Source of the DNA: an uncultured virus (IMG/VR IMGVR_UViG_3300021142_000026)
Lineage: Duplodnaviria; Heunggongvirae; Uroviricota; Caudoviricetes
Virus record (IMG/VR): IMGVR_UViG_3300021142_000026
Length of the DNA stretch: 64,000 bases
Reading direction: 5' to 3' (one strand)
Part shown: positions 1 to 8,000 of the stretch, piece after piece
How the letters are laid out: every line of letters begins with the position of its first letter
Numbering within the stretch: position 1 is the first letter of the stretch
The notes under the pieces: generated by a model
What the model was told of the DNA's origin: nothing
Databases searched by the model: none
What the model saw: only the letters and a program-made list of their open reading frames with translations
Translations under genes and position numbers: made by a program

Positions 1-163
1 TTGTAGTTTGTCAGTGGTTGCGAGTTGGCCGCGTTCATGCACAGGACACAGGCCGTCACGGGCACGGTCATTTATGACAAAGACAGCGACATGGTCATTT
101 AAGGGCAAACAGTCAATCTGACCGATCACTCAGACCAGTCAGAGACTGTGTTAGTACATTTGG

Positions 164-436
164 TCAATCGTCATCAGGCTCAAAGCCATCGACCCCGACC
201 TTCCCATCCTTACCAAAGACCTCTACCGCCAGATCCCCATAAGCCTTATCCGACAAGGTAGCCAACCACATCATGATCAGGTCTATCTTGTCATTGCCCT
301 CAGCAATGTGCTGTACCACTTCCTTAGGCACTATCCTGACCCCGCCCCTCTCCATGGTCTCAACGCCATTGTCGACCCAGAGCTCATACGCCATCTCAGT
401 CGTACCATCGATGATCGCGTCACAACGTACTTTCAT
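164..436 (-). CDS. hypothetical early protein
   Basis: 90-aa ORF, GAGGAG RBS, own promoter at 467-507. Confidence 0.7.
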   Translation of the reverse strand: MKVRCDAIIDGTTEMAYELWVDNGVETMERGGVRIVPKEVVQHIAEGNDKIDLIMMWLATLSDKAYGDLAVEVFGKDGKVGVDGFEPDDD

Positions 437-466
437 TTGATTTGCTCCTCTTTCTTACTATTCCTT

Positions 467-507
467 ATTATACAAGAAGTCCTATGGTCTTTCATAGTGG
501 CAAAAGA
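467..507 (-). promoter_or_regulatory. sigma70-type promoter with CTTTTG upstream element
   Basis: minus strand CTTTTGCCACT-ATGAAA-N17-TATAAT. Confidence 0.65.
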
Positions 508-581
508 AGCCCAAGGCTTAAACAACTAGCCTTGAGCCTCTTGCCTCTTGCCTCCTACCGCTTCATGTCATGCGCCGCGAC

Positions 582-833
582 TTATTCAAAGACCTCGAGG
601 GCATATTCAAATGTCATCGTGCTGACTTCCCACTGAGGATCGAACCAGCCACCTTCATATTCAAAGGCCGTATATTCCCACTGCGCCCTGAGATCGTTGC
701 ACTTGTCGAAGCCCCATGCTTCTGCATCGAGCCGACTCTCAAAGGCCTGTGTAGCCTTGACATTGTTGAAGTCACACCGATCCACGATGGTGCAGATGTA
801 GATGTCTTTTGTCTTCCGTGCCATTATGGTCAT
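582..833 (-). CDS. hypothetical early protein
   Basis: 83-aa ORF with GAGG RBS downstream of promoter 868-908. Confidence 0.7.
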   Translation of the reverse strand: MTIMARKTKDIYICTIVDRCDFNNVKATQAFESRLDAEAWGFDKCNDLRAQWEYTAFEYEGGWFDPQWEVSTMTFEYALEVFE

Positions 834-867
834 TGCACTTTCCTCTTCATTTCTACCTTACTTATAT

Positions 868-908
868 ATTATATCACAACCCCATGAGGACCATCAAGGT
901 GCAAAAAG
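868..908 (-). promoter_or_regulatory. sigma70-type promoter
   Basis: CTTTTTGCACC-TTGATG-N18-TATAAT. Confidence 0.65.
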
Positions 909-942
909 AAACCCCCTCCTAAATTAATAGGAGAGGGTAAAA
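903..942 (-). terminator. rho-independent terminator (possibly bidirectional)
   Basis: hairpin ACCCCCTCCTA/TAGGAGAGGGT flanked by A tracts. Confidence 0.55.
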
Positions 943-973
943 GTTGAGGAGGAGGAAATATTAAAGTCAGATG

Positions 974-1213
974 TTAGAGGCAGAACCCGTGAAGAGTTTT
1001 AGGCTGTTCACGTTCGTTCTCAGGGAGATCCTTGAGCATATCCTCCCAGAAGAACAGTTCGTGCTCCGGATCACTGCGAGCCGGATGACTCATGGGGAGC
1101 TCTTGGATGAGTGCAAGCAACGCTGCCCGCTGAGCTTCTCCCATTTGGATAGTGTAGGAAGACGCAGGAACTTCGAACTCGGCCTCGATGGTGGCAAGAG
1201 TGTTCGTGGTCAT
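974..1213 (-). CDS. hypothetical early protein
   Basis: 79-aa ORF with AAGGA RBS. Confidence 0.7.
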   Translation of the reverse strand: MTTNTLATIEAEFEVPASSYTIQMGEAQRAALLALIQELPMSHPARSDPEHELFFWEDMLKDLPENEREQPKTLHGFCL

Positions 1214-1273
1214 CTGTTTAGTTCCTTTACGATGTCAAGTGTGGTAGATGAGATTTATTTCCCATCTACCTAT

Positions 1274-1313
1274 ATTATATAGGGACCTCAGGGGACCACA
1301 CAATGGTCAAAAG
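1274..1313 (-). promoter_or_regulatory. sigma70-type promoter with CTTTTGACCA element
   Basis: CTTTTGACCA-TTGTGT-N18-TATAAT. Confidence 0.65.
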
Positions 1314-1329
1314 ATAACCAAAAGATGAC

Positions 1330-1371
1330 AAAAAGAGTACCTAGACAACTTTTACATTGCCTAGGCTCTTG
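1330..1371 (-). terminator. rho-independent terminator
   Basis: imperfect CCTAG..CTAGG hairpin followed by U-run on minus strand, 3' of ORF 1401-1784. Confidence 0.5.
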
Positions 1372-1400
1372 TCGGTTCCCAATCGAGGAGAGGTCAGCGA

Positions 1401-1784
1401 CTATTCGTCGCCTTCCTCCTCTTCCGCTTCCACTTCTGCCATGTTGATGTTGAACGTCTGTCCGACGGTGTTCGTGTTGCCCTTCAGCGTCATTGCCTGT
1501 TGCAGCACGTTGCGCACCTGTTGATACTTGACCTCACGACCGAACCGCAGCGAGAGAGCCTTCGCGATCGGCGACGTCTTGTACCCGAGACTGGCAAGAT
1601 ACCGAATCATTGCTGACTTGTTCGAGCCGAACTGATTCAGCGCCTCCTGATCGATCTCCTGCGCCACAGCAGCGCTCGAAACCTTCGTCTGCACCACTTC
1701 TTCAGTCAGTGCGAGATTGTCAGTCGGAGCCACCGAAGTAACTTCGACCACGGAAACCTGTTCAGCAACCTTACGACGAGCCAT
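1401..1784 (-). CDS. putative HTH DNA-binding protein (paralog 1)
   Basis: KSAMIRYLASLGYKTSPIAKAL...YQQVRNVL helix-turn-helix-like motif; GAGGTG RBS; acidic tail. Confidence 0.7.
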   Translation of the reverse strand: MARRKVAEQVSVVEVTSVAPTDNLALTEEVVQTKVSSAAVAQEIDQEALNQFGSNKSAMIRYLASLGYKTSPIAKALSLRFGREVKYQQVRNVLQQAMTLKGNTNTVGQTFNINMAEVEAEEEEGDE

Positions 1785-1845
1785 GTTAACACCTCATTGA
1801 AGAGAACTGTGAAACGCGACATGCATTTCCTCACTCTCTATAAAC

Positions 1846-1884
1846 AGTATAGCACACTCTTTGCGACCTTCATAGTGGCAAAAG
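1846..1884 (-). promoter_or_regulatory. sigma70-type promoter
   Basis: CTTTTGCCACT-ATGAAG...GC-TATACT. Confidence 0.55.
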
Positions 1885-1915
1885 GAGACACAGGCTAAAT
1901 TAATCTCTGCCACTG

Positions 1916-1961
1916 TTTATATAGCATATAGCATATAACATATAATATATAATGTATAAAA
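1916..1961. repeat. degenerate 7-bp tandem repeat (TATAGCA/TATAACA)
   Basis: TATAGCA TATAGCA TATAACA TATAATA TATAATG between divergent promoters. Confidence 0.7.
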
Positions 1962-1976
1962 AGTTGCCCAGAGCCT

Positions 1977-2015
1977 CTTTTGACTATTGCTTCCTTAAGG
2001 GAGGTGCTATATAAT
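1977..2015 (+). promoter_or_regulatory. sigma70-type promoter with CTTTTGACTA element
   Basis: CTTTTGACTA-TTGCTT-N17-TATAAT. Confidence 0.75.
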
Positions 2016-2044
2016 AAAAATAGATGCAGAATTAAGGTGCTTAG

Positions 2045-2194
2045 ATGCGACATAGACACGGCAGCGGCAGCGGCAGACATAGTGGCTGGATGATACTGAT
2101 GTGGGGTATTATCGGGCTGGTGATAGGTGGGCTTGCGCCTATATGGTTGCTGGAGGTAATGTTGGTCTTGCGGACGAATGGTGTGCCAATCTAG
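2045..2194 (+). CDS. small membrane peptide, 49 aa (below ORF-track cutoff)
   Basis: MRHRHGSGSGRHSGWMILMWGIIGLVIGGLAPIWLLEVMLVLRTNGVPI; AAGGTG RBS; own promoter and terminator. Confidence 0.55.
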   Translation: MRHRHGSGSGRHSGWMILMWGIIGLVIGGLAPIWLLEVMLVLRTNGVPI

Positions 2195-2255
2195 CTCCAC
2201 CAGTTTTGACAGCTCCGCTTAAGGAATTACGGAATCTGTTGCCAGACAGACAACT

Positions 2256-2292
2256 AAAAACCCCAGGGCTCAATGCTCTGGGGTTCTTTTTT
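2256..2292. terminator. bidirectional rho-independent terminator
   Basis: AAAAACCCCAGGGC-loop-GCTCTGGGGTTCTTTTTT between convergent units. Confidence 0.8.
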
Positions 2293-2339
2293 GCCTAGCC
2301 TACAAATTAGGACCTCCATAGAGGGCCTAAAAGTTAGTC

Positions 2340-2795
2340 CTAATCAACATTGTCGTGATCAGGATCGTAGCCAGCGGCGTTCTTGATCTGTGCAGCTGTC
2401 TTGGCTCGAGCCTTGCGTCCTGCCATCAAGGATGCCTCTAGGGCTCCGTCCATTGCCTGCTGGATCATGAAGTCTTCGTCATCGAGGTCTGCTGCCTTCT
2501 TGAGCCTAATGTCCAAAGACCCTAGATCCTCACGGGCGGCTCTCTTGGGTTCAGAGTACGCTATATTCCGAACCATCTGATACTTGATACCGAGTCCGTT
2601 GGAGATTTCCTGGACCGAAAAGCCTACAGCCCAAAGCCATCTGATGGTGTGGCTCTTTGTCTTGGAGGCTGGCAGCTGAATGTCTTTGAGCAATGGTAGG
2701 CTCCCTTGAACTCTGCTGCCATCAGGCAAAATTAACCAGACCAGTTTAACCTCTGGTTCTTCTTGGTCTTTGTGCTTATGTGTCCCCACCGACAT
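2340..2795 (-). CDS. putative HTH DNA-binding protein (paralog 2)
   Basis: TKSHTIRWLWAVGFSVQEISNGLGIKYQMVRNI; AGGAGG RBS. Confidence 0.7.
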   Translation of the reverse strand: MSVGTHKHKDQEEPEVKLVWLILPDGSRVQGSLPLLKDIQLPASKTKSHTIRWLWAVGFSVQEISNGLGIKYQMVRNIAYSEPKRAAREDLGSLDIRLKKAADLDDEDFMIQQAMDGALEASLMAGRKARAKTAAQIKNAAGYDPDHDNVD

Positions 2796-2828
2796 GACTT
2801 AACCTCCTTGTAGCTTGCCTCTATGTAT

Positions 2829-2867
2829 ATAGTATATCAGCCTTTAACCGAAATCAATGGGCAAAAG
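2829..2867 (-). promoter_or_regulatory. sigma70-type promoter
   Basis: CTTTTGCCCA-TTGATT-N17-TACTAT. Confidence 0.65.
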
Positions 2868-2886
2868 ATGATATTGTCTTCAGGTA

Positions 2887-3162
2887 CTAAGTTGCCAAAG
2901 CATTGGCCGTGCGATCAACAATGATCCCGATGTGGACATCTTTGACAACCCACAGGAACCGGATCTCCTCCGCAGTAACCGATTGGTTATAGACGCGATC
3001 CCACCGCAAATTCTCATATCCTTTGCCGTCAGCGGCCAACTCCTTGGCGAACAACTTGAGCACATCTTTAGCCCATGCAGCAGTGCCAGAGTTACGTTTA
3101 GGTGCATGCAGGCCCTTTTGACCCCGAATTTCACCCTCAATGAATAAGACTGCTCTTGCCAT
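2887..3162 (-). CDS. hypothetical protein
   Basis: 91-aa ORF with GGAG RBS, in tandem with 3176-3910. Confidence 0.65.
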   Translation of the reverse strand: MARAVLFIEGEIRGQKGLHAPKRNSGTAAWAKDVLKLFAKELAADGKGYENLRWDRVYNQSVTAEEIRFLWVVKDVHIGIIVDRTANALAT

Positions 3163-3175
3163 CTACGTATTGCTC

Positions 3176-3910
3176 CTATTGCTCGCCTGCAGGGTTCTGT
3201 GGAAGCTGACCAATCCAGTTCTGCTTAAGGGGATGAAGACCAAGCTGTTGAATACGTTCAGGGCTCAACCGCCAATTGACTTCATCACCTTTCCACCACC
3301 AGGTTCCATTCAGATACATGTAACTGCGGGGAGGAGCATCGTCGAAGTCGTAGGTAGCAGGATCTATCTCACTCAAGGCAACTTGTAGCTTACCATCTCG
3401 GCGTTTAGGCCTAAACCTTGTCTGAATAGCATCTTCAGGGAGCTTACCTTGAGCTACCAGCTTCTTCTTCTGCTGATACACGGTAGAGTGATGCACAGAA
3501 TCTAAAGTCACACGTAAGTAGCCCACATAACCCTGGGCCTCAATCTCTGGCCCAAATTTGTAGGTAAAGGTATTTTGGTTGGCTTGTTTACCTTGTAGCG
3601 GACCATCACCATCGTTGACCATATAGATTAGGTCAAGGTGAGCATTAGATGTCATAGACCGTAGACCTGTAAAGATATGGAACAACTCTGCAGAGTCTAG
3701 AGCCTTAATGCAAAGGCGCAGCCATTCGTCCATATTGTTCTTCTGATAAGGCCACCACTTCTCAGGGATGTCTTTGCTCTTGTGCTTGTTGTTGACTAAC
3801 ATAAAGGCTGTTGCCTGTATAAGTTTACCTCGAACAGGTTTCCTATCAGGATCATTGAACATGTAAGGAATATATCCTTCCCTACGACGATATTCTCTTG
3901 CCATTACCAT
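3176..3910 (-). CDS. hypothetical protein
   Basis: 244-aa ORF; promoter-like GACTA-TTGAAG-N18-TATATT at 4046-4080. Confidence 0.75.
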   Translation of the reverse strand: MVMAREYRRREGYIPYMFNDPDRKPVRGKLIQATAFMLVNNKHKSKDIPEKWWPYQKNNMDEWLRLCIKALDSAELFHIFTGLRSMTSNAHLDLIYMVNDGDGPLQGKQANQNTFTYKFGPEIEAQGYVGYLRVTLDSVHHSTVYQQKKKLVAQGKLPEDAIQTRFRPKRRDGKLQVALSEIDPATYDFDDAPPRSYMYLNGTWWWKGDEVNWRLSPERIQQLGLHPLKQNWIGQLPQNPAGEQ

Positions 3911-3974
3911 CTAACTGCCCTTCCTTGCTGCGGAATCAAAACTGTCGATACTGTCGCTAAACGCTCGTAAGATC

Positions 3975-4265
3975 GGTTATCTCGTTGATTTCATTAAGGA
4001 ATTTGAAATAATCCTATCGAACCGACGCATTTTCTACTATATATAAATATACACTTGGTTTCTAATGTTCTTCAATAGTCTTTCTATAGTTTCTTATTCC
4101 ATACTTATTCCACTCCTTTTACACATATTTTACACATTCCTTATTCCTCCTCCTATTCATATTCCTTATACCTCCTGCTTAGTTTAATTTCACTTATCAA
4201 TTTCTGAATATTTCCTTTCTAGAGAAACAGAGATCTATTTAAATTCCTTAATAAAAACAAAGGCT
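3975..4265. other. AT-rich non-coding region with flanking inverted repeat (candidate origin or packaging site)
   Basis: TTGATTTCATTAAGGAATTTGAAATAATC versus its imperfect inverse near 4232-4260; internal CTTATTCC and TTTTACACAT repeats. Confidence 0.4.
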
Positions 4266-4330
4266 TATAAGACTAACCCTTACAGTTGATCTAAACATTG
4301 TCTACAGTATCGAGTGTTTAGTAGCCCTAC

Positions 4331-4370
4331 AAAGAAAAAAGCCTAGGCTATGACACCTAGGCTCTCTTTT
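4331..4370. terminator. rho-independent terminator
   Basis: AAAAAAGCCTAGG-loop-CCTAGGCTCTCTTTT 3' of ORF 4381-5025. Confidence 0.7.
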
Positions 4371-4380
4371 ACCTTGCCTA

Positions 4381-5025
4381 TTAGGGATGAACAAGTGCCT
4401 TAGATAGGATGAAGATGCCTGCCCAGAGTGCAAAAGAAACCCCAAGAACCAGAATAATGGTCGACTTGAGGCGTTCACGCTTGAGCTGATCCGCCCAATA
4501 GGCATGAAGGTCATTATCGGAGGTAGAGAGGCCCTTTTTAGCCAGCTCTTCAGGAGTAGGCGTAGGAGCATGGATCTCCAGTTCAGCCCTAAATTCCTCA
4601 TTCGTGATCAGATTGGGCATCTGATTAGGATTCGGGAATCCCAGAGCATCCAACTTCTTATCTGTAACGCCGCCAACGAGTGGAGGGGGTGCAAACTTTG
4701 CCGCTTGCTCAGGAGTAGCCGGCGTAATAGGTGGTGTGATAGGCTTGTTCGCGTCAACCTTAGGCTTACGAACTCGCTTGGTCTTGGGGTCCACCGTAGG
4801 AGCACGAGGGTCCAAAGTCTTCTGGTTGGCCTCTTTAATCACTTGACCAAGATCTTTGGTCTCAAGAGGCAGAGCATTGAGTTGCTTCTTAGGCGACACT
4901 GCCGAAGGCGGTGCTTTGGTCTCAAGAGGGAGAGGTTTCAGAGTCTTGCGTGTCTTCGGCAGTTCAACAGGCTTTGCCTCGGTCTTGGTGGGCGTCGGCG
5001 TTGCTGGTGTTTTTCTCTTGGTCAT
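4381..5025 (-). CDS. Pro/Lys-rich protein with C-terminal transmembrane anchor
   Basis: low-complexity N-terminus with LPLETK twice; C-terminal IILVLGVSFALWAGIFILS. Confidence 0.7.
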   Translation of the reverse strand: MTKRKTPATPTPTKTEAKPVELPKTRKTLKPLPLETKAPPSAVSPKKQLNALPLETKDLGQVIKEANQKTLDPRAPTVDPKTKRVRKPKVDANKPITPPITPATPEQAAKFAPPPLVGGVTDKKLDALGFPNPNQMPNLITNEEFRAELEIHAPTPTPEELAKKGLSTSDNDLHAYWADQLKRERLKSTIILVLGVSFALWAGIFILSKALVHP

Positions 5026-5387
5026 AGTAGTTTCCCTATCCTTCTAACATGGATCTCTTCCATTATGTCTACTGCACCTGTCATAGGAATACCTTCATTG
5101 TCTATGCTCAGATACAGAAGGTCTTTGTCTTCGTCATATAAGGCACCCCATAAGTGGTCACCATCAAGCTTGTACGATCCTAGGATGCCTAAAACGTGAT
5201 CTACCATCTTCCGATGCTTACAGTATGGTTGGCGCCAACTACCTTGACAATCACATTTGCCTTTGCCAAGTGCCGTTATGGTATAGACTTCTTCAGGTTC
5301 TTTGTTGCCAGTCCACTTAGCTAAGCACATGGAATGGTGACGGTTAACTCTGAAGCTATAGTCTGCCAATAGTGCCTCCTGCAGCAT
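5022..5387 (-). CDS. SWIM zinc-finger protein
   Basis: YTIT...CDCQGSWRQPYCKH = CxC-x7-CxH SWIM signature. Confidence 0.75.
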   Translation of the reverse strand: MLQEALLADYSFRVNRHHSMCLAKWTGNKEPEEVYTITALGKGKCDCQGSWRQPYCKHRKMVDHVLGILGSYKLDGDHLWGALYDEDKDLLYLSIDNEGIPMTGAVDIMEEIHVRRIGKLL

Positions 5388-5393
5388 ATATTA

Positions 5394-5422
5394 ATCTTAA
5401 CGCATAACATAGTGGTCATCAA
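5394..5422 (-). promoter_or_regulatory. sigma70-type promoter, probably leaderless transcript
   Basis: TTGATG-N17-TAAGAT ending 6 nt before the ATG at 5387. Confidence 0.55.
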
Positions 5423-5444
5423 GAGTCATAATTGTACCCTATTC

Positions 5445-5552
5445 ATGACCGCTGCGCAGCAGTCGCTTACCTCTTAGGTACTCATTATAATATATAGCAT
5501 CTAGCGTAATGGCCGCTGCGTAGCAGTCTCGGAAGAATATATAGCATCTAGC
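5445..5552. repeat. two interleaved direct repeats at the divergence point
   Basis: ATGRCCGCTGCGYAGCAGTC at 5445 and 5509; AATATATAGCATCTAGC at 5489 and 5536. Confidence 0.8.
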
Positions 5553-5631
5553 ATTTGGCCTTTGTCAGCAGAGGTTGAGAAGGTCCTTCAAGAGGCAATA
5601 AGTTTCTTTTGGTCTTGTTGTATTATCCCTC

Positions 5632-5660
5632 TTGAAAGCCCCAAAGCTCTTAGATACTAT
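5632..5660 (+). promoter_or_regulatory. sigma70-type promoter of the rightward arm
   Basis: TTGAAA-N17-TACTAT. Confidence 0.6.
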
Positions 5661-5693
5661 ATAGGTATTACATACAGAGCGAGGCAAGGCAAC

Positions 5694-6110
5694 ATGGCAA
5701 AGACGTTGAAAGAGCGTTCAGGGTTTGATGAGGTCTACCTCGCGGAGAACATTAAGCTGCTTAAGAACATGACTTTAGAAGAGCAAGAGGCGGCCAACAA
5801 AGCCTATCGGGAAACTTTTCGGGAGTTCGTTCCTGGGCAATATGCTGAGATCGCAATGAATCGTGAGGCGATGTCGTTAACATGTGCGGCATTACTGGAG
5901 ACTTTGCTGTGTCAAGATAAGATGCATACTCTAGATGATACTGGAGTCTTGACGTCTGTTGGCACTATGATCACCACGATGATTGCCAGTTGCTCAGAAC
6001 TCTCCACGTTAGCCGCGATGCATGCCATCATGGGTACTTTGAAGGATTATGTTGAGCAGAGAGCCACTATTGTGCTCATTGAGAAGGTCATCAAGAAAGA
6101 CTTACCCTAG
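5694..6110 (+). CDS. hypothetical protein
   Basis: ORF 5562-6110; start moved to ATG 5694 (MAKTLK), which has an RBS and lies downstream of the promoter. Confidence 0.7.
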   Translation: MAKTLKERSGFDEVYLAENIKLLKNMTLEEQEAANKAYRETFREFVPGQYAEIAMNREAMSLTCAALLETLLCQDKMHTLDDTGVLTSVGTMITTMIASCSELSTLAAMHAIMGTLKDYVEQRATIVLIEKVIKKDLP

Positions 6111-6180
6111 AGGCTATTTGCCCACCACGGCTCACCACCGAACACCCGCTAGATAATGGCGCAGCAAGCAGAGGCACACC

Positions 6181-6603
6181 ATGGCTACTAAGAAACTAAC
6201 TCTTACCCAAGAGCAGAAAGAAAAGCGGTATAATGAGGCAGTCAAGAATCTGCTTCCTTGGGCAGCACAAACCCTTCCCAACATGGCGAACTATACACCA
6301 AGTCGATTGGTGGATGAAGTTGGTGTCATGAAGGAACTTGAAAAAGACCTGAAGAAGGTCATCAACACCCTCAATGGTGTCATTGACTCGAAGATGACTC
6401 CTACCGACAAGCTTGAAGGCAACGTTCGCGGTGAAGCTTACGTCATGAAGTTGACTGCCGTGACGCAAGTGCGCCTCAACTCAGATCGTGCTCGCGCCAA
6501 GATTCTGGAACTCGCCAATAAGTTGGGCTTAGAGGCAGATCTTGAGCTTGATGCTTGTCAGGATATCATTGAAATGGAGCAACACCGTTATGACTCGATT
6601 TGA
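6181..6603 (+). CDS. hypothetical protein
   Basis: 140-aa ORF, GAGG RBS. Confidence 0.75.
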   Translation: MATKKLTLTQEQKEKRYNEAVKNLLPWAAQTLPNMANYTPSRLVDEVGVMKELEKDLKKVINTLNGVIDSKMTPTDKLEGNVRGEAYVMKLTAVTQVRLNSDRARAKILELANKLGLEADLELDACQDIIEMEQHRYDSI

Positions 6604-6937
6604 ACTCCGCACACAAAAGCTCCTTCTCATCGGAACTTTCCTCATTCTTCATGCCATCTGTAGGCAACGTGTTAAGAAGACCTCACTCATTGAAGTGGCT
6701 GGTAAGCCTATCGATGTTAATGCCAACCAGATTGAAGCCACTGGAGATGAGATCGCCTGGTTCAATGAATGGCAACAGCACATTCAGCTTATTATTCAGG
6801 CAGAAGTGGCTATGAACATGTCTGGTGAAGAAAACGTCACAGTTAAGGATGCAGTTGCCTCGGCCGCCAACGCTAATGCAGCTAATGCACCACCTGAGGG
6901 GCCTAACGTACTCCATCAGGAAAGTCCTCTGAAATGA
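6590..6937 (+). CDS. hypothetical protein
   Basis: GGAG RBS before ATG 6590; ATGA overlap with next gene. Confidence 0.6.
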   Translation: MTRFELRTQKLLLIGTFLILHAICRQRVKKTSLIEVAGKPIDVNANQIEATGDEIAWFNEWQQHIQLIIQAEVAMNMSGEENVTVKDAVASAANANAANAPPEGPNVLHQESPLK

Positions 6938-7284
6938 CACGTGGTAAGGGCAGTGCAGTAAAAGATGATATTCACGTCACAGTGAGTGATCTGTCTATGG
7001 CCGAAGAGATTATAGACCTACACTGTGCTTACTATAATATACCTGTAGAGATGCTCAAAGGTCCACGGTTTACTGATGACTTATCCGCCATAAGGGATGA
7101 AGTGATCTACAGGCTTAGAACCGAGTTGTGGCTGACCTTTAAGATTATAGGTCGACTACTGGGTAACCGTTCTGCTGCAACTGTTGCGGTAGGCTTCAAA
7201 CGGTATTATAAGCAGGAGGTACTATCATGTCCACAAGCAGAGAAGAGTCGGAAATTCCGCAAGACCTGGAAACCCTACGAATGA
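6934..7284 (+). CDS. DnaA C-terminal (domain IV)-like HTH protein
   Basis: YYNIPVEMLKGPR...IRDEVIYRLRTELWLTFKIIGRLLGNRSAATV parallels the DnaA domain IV pattern (IGxxFGGRDHTTV). Confidence 0.7.
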   Translation: MTRGKGSAVKDDIHVTVSDLSMAEEIIDLHCAYYNIPVEMLKGPRFTDDLSAIRDEVIYRLRTELWLTFKIIGRLLGNRSAATVAVGFKRYYKQEVLSCPQAEKSRKFRKTWKPYE

Positions 7285-7445
7285 CGGCAGCCTTTAAGAA
7301 GGCGTTGGAACTGCACGAGAAGCAACTGGACATTAAACGCCAAGATGCTGTTACTTGGGCGTGGTTTGCCTTTGCTATCGTTACCATTCTGAGCCTACTG
7401 GCTTCCGTTTACATCCTAGACCCACTTTCACATTCCCAGTACTAA
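7227..7445 (+). CDS. small membrane protein
   Basis: GGAGG RBS; C-terminal hydrophobic helix. Confidence 0.65.
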   Translation: MSTSREESEIPQDLETLRMTAAFKKALELHEKQLDIKRQDAVTWAWFAFAIVTILSLLASVYILDPLSHSQY

Positions 7446-7463
7446 GAGGTTAAAGGTACCATC

Positions 7464-7997
7464 ATGTCCGAGATTGAGATCAATATCCCCGCAGAGGGCA
7501 CTGTTCCTATTGAAGGTGAAGAATCTATTCAGGTAGAGGCTAACGGCAGGATCCATACGATCACGACTCAGGCTATTCGTAAAGGACTTGCACTAGCTGA
7601 TGATACCTATTGGTGGCTGGTTACAAAGCTGACTCGTCACTTTAAGTATACGCCATACATGACTCGTGGGCATATCCAGATGAGCCTTGGCCCTGCAACA
7701 CCACCTAGGGTCTGGGAAGGTCCGTTGGCGCGGATGCAAGAAGAAGGTCGTATGATCTGTCAGACTACGATCTCTAACTTCCGTACTAAGCGCGTCTACC
7801 ATCTGCCTGATATGCCTTGGCCTCCGATCACCATTGCACGTCTAGACCAACTTGAGAAGCAAGCCTGGCTTAAGGGCTACGAAGCAGCTAAGGCAGGTCA
7901 AGAGGTTCCTAAAGACGTGCTCGAAGGCATTAAAGATAAGCCTGATGAACTTGACGAGAATGGAGATGGCCCTCTGGCTCCTGGTGAGGATGCATAA
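7464..7997 (+). CDS. hypothetical protein (possible winged-helix)
   Basis: 177-aa ORF with RBS directly before the primase gene. Confidence 0.7.
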   Translation: MSEIEINIPAEGTVPIEGEESIQVEANGRIHTITTQAIRKGLALADDTYWWLVTKLTRHFKYTPYMTRGHIQMSLGPATPPRVWEGPLARMQEEGRMICQTTISNFRTKRVYHLPDMPWPPITIARLDQLEKQAWLKGYEAAKAGQEVPKDVLEGIKDKPDELDENGDGPLAPGEDA

Positions 7998-8000
7998 TCA

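Noticed and set aside
1..163. Genome terminus / cos site (GGTCATTTA occurs twice)
   Set aside because: Too little signal, and the window edge may be arbitrary
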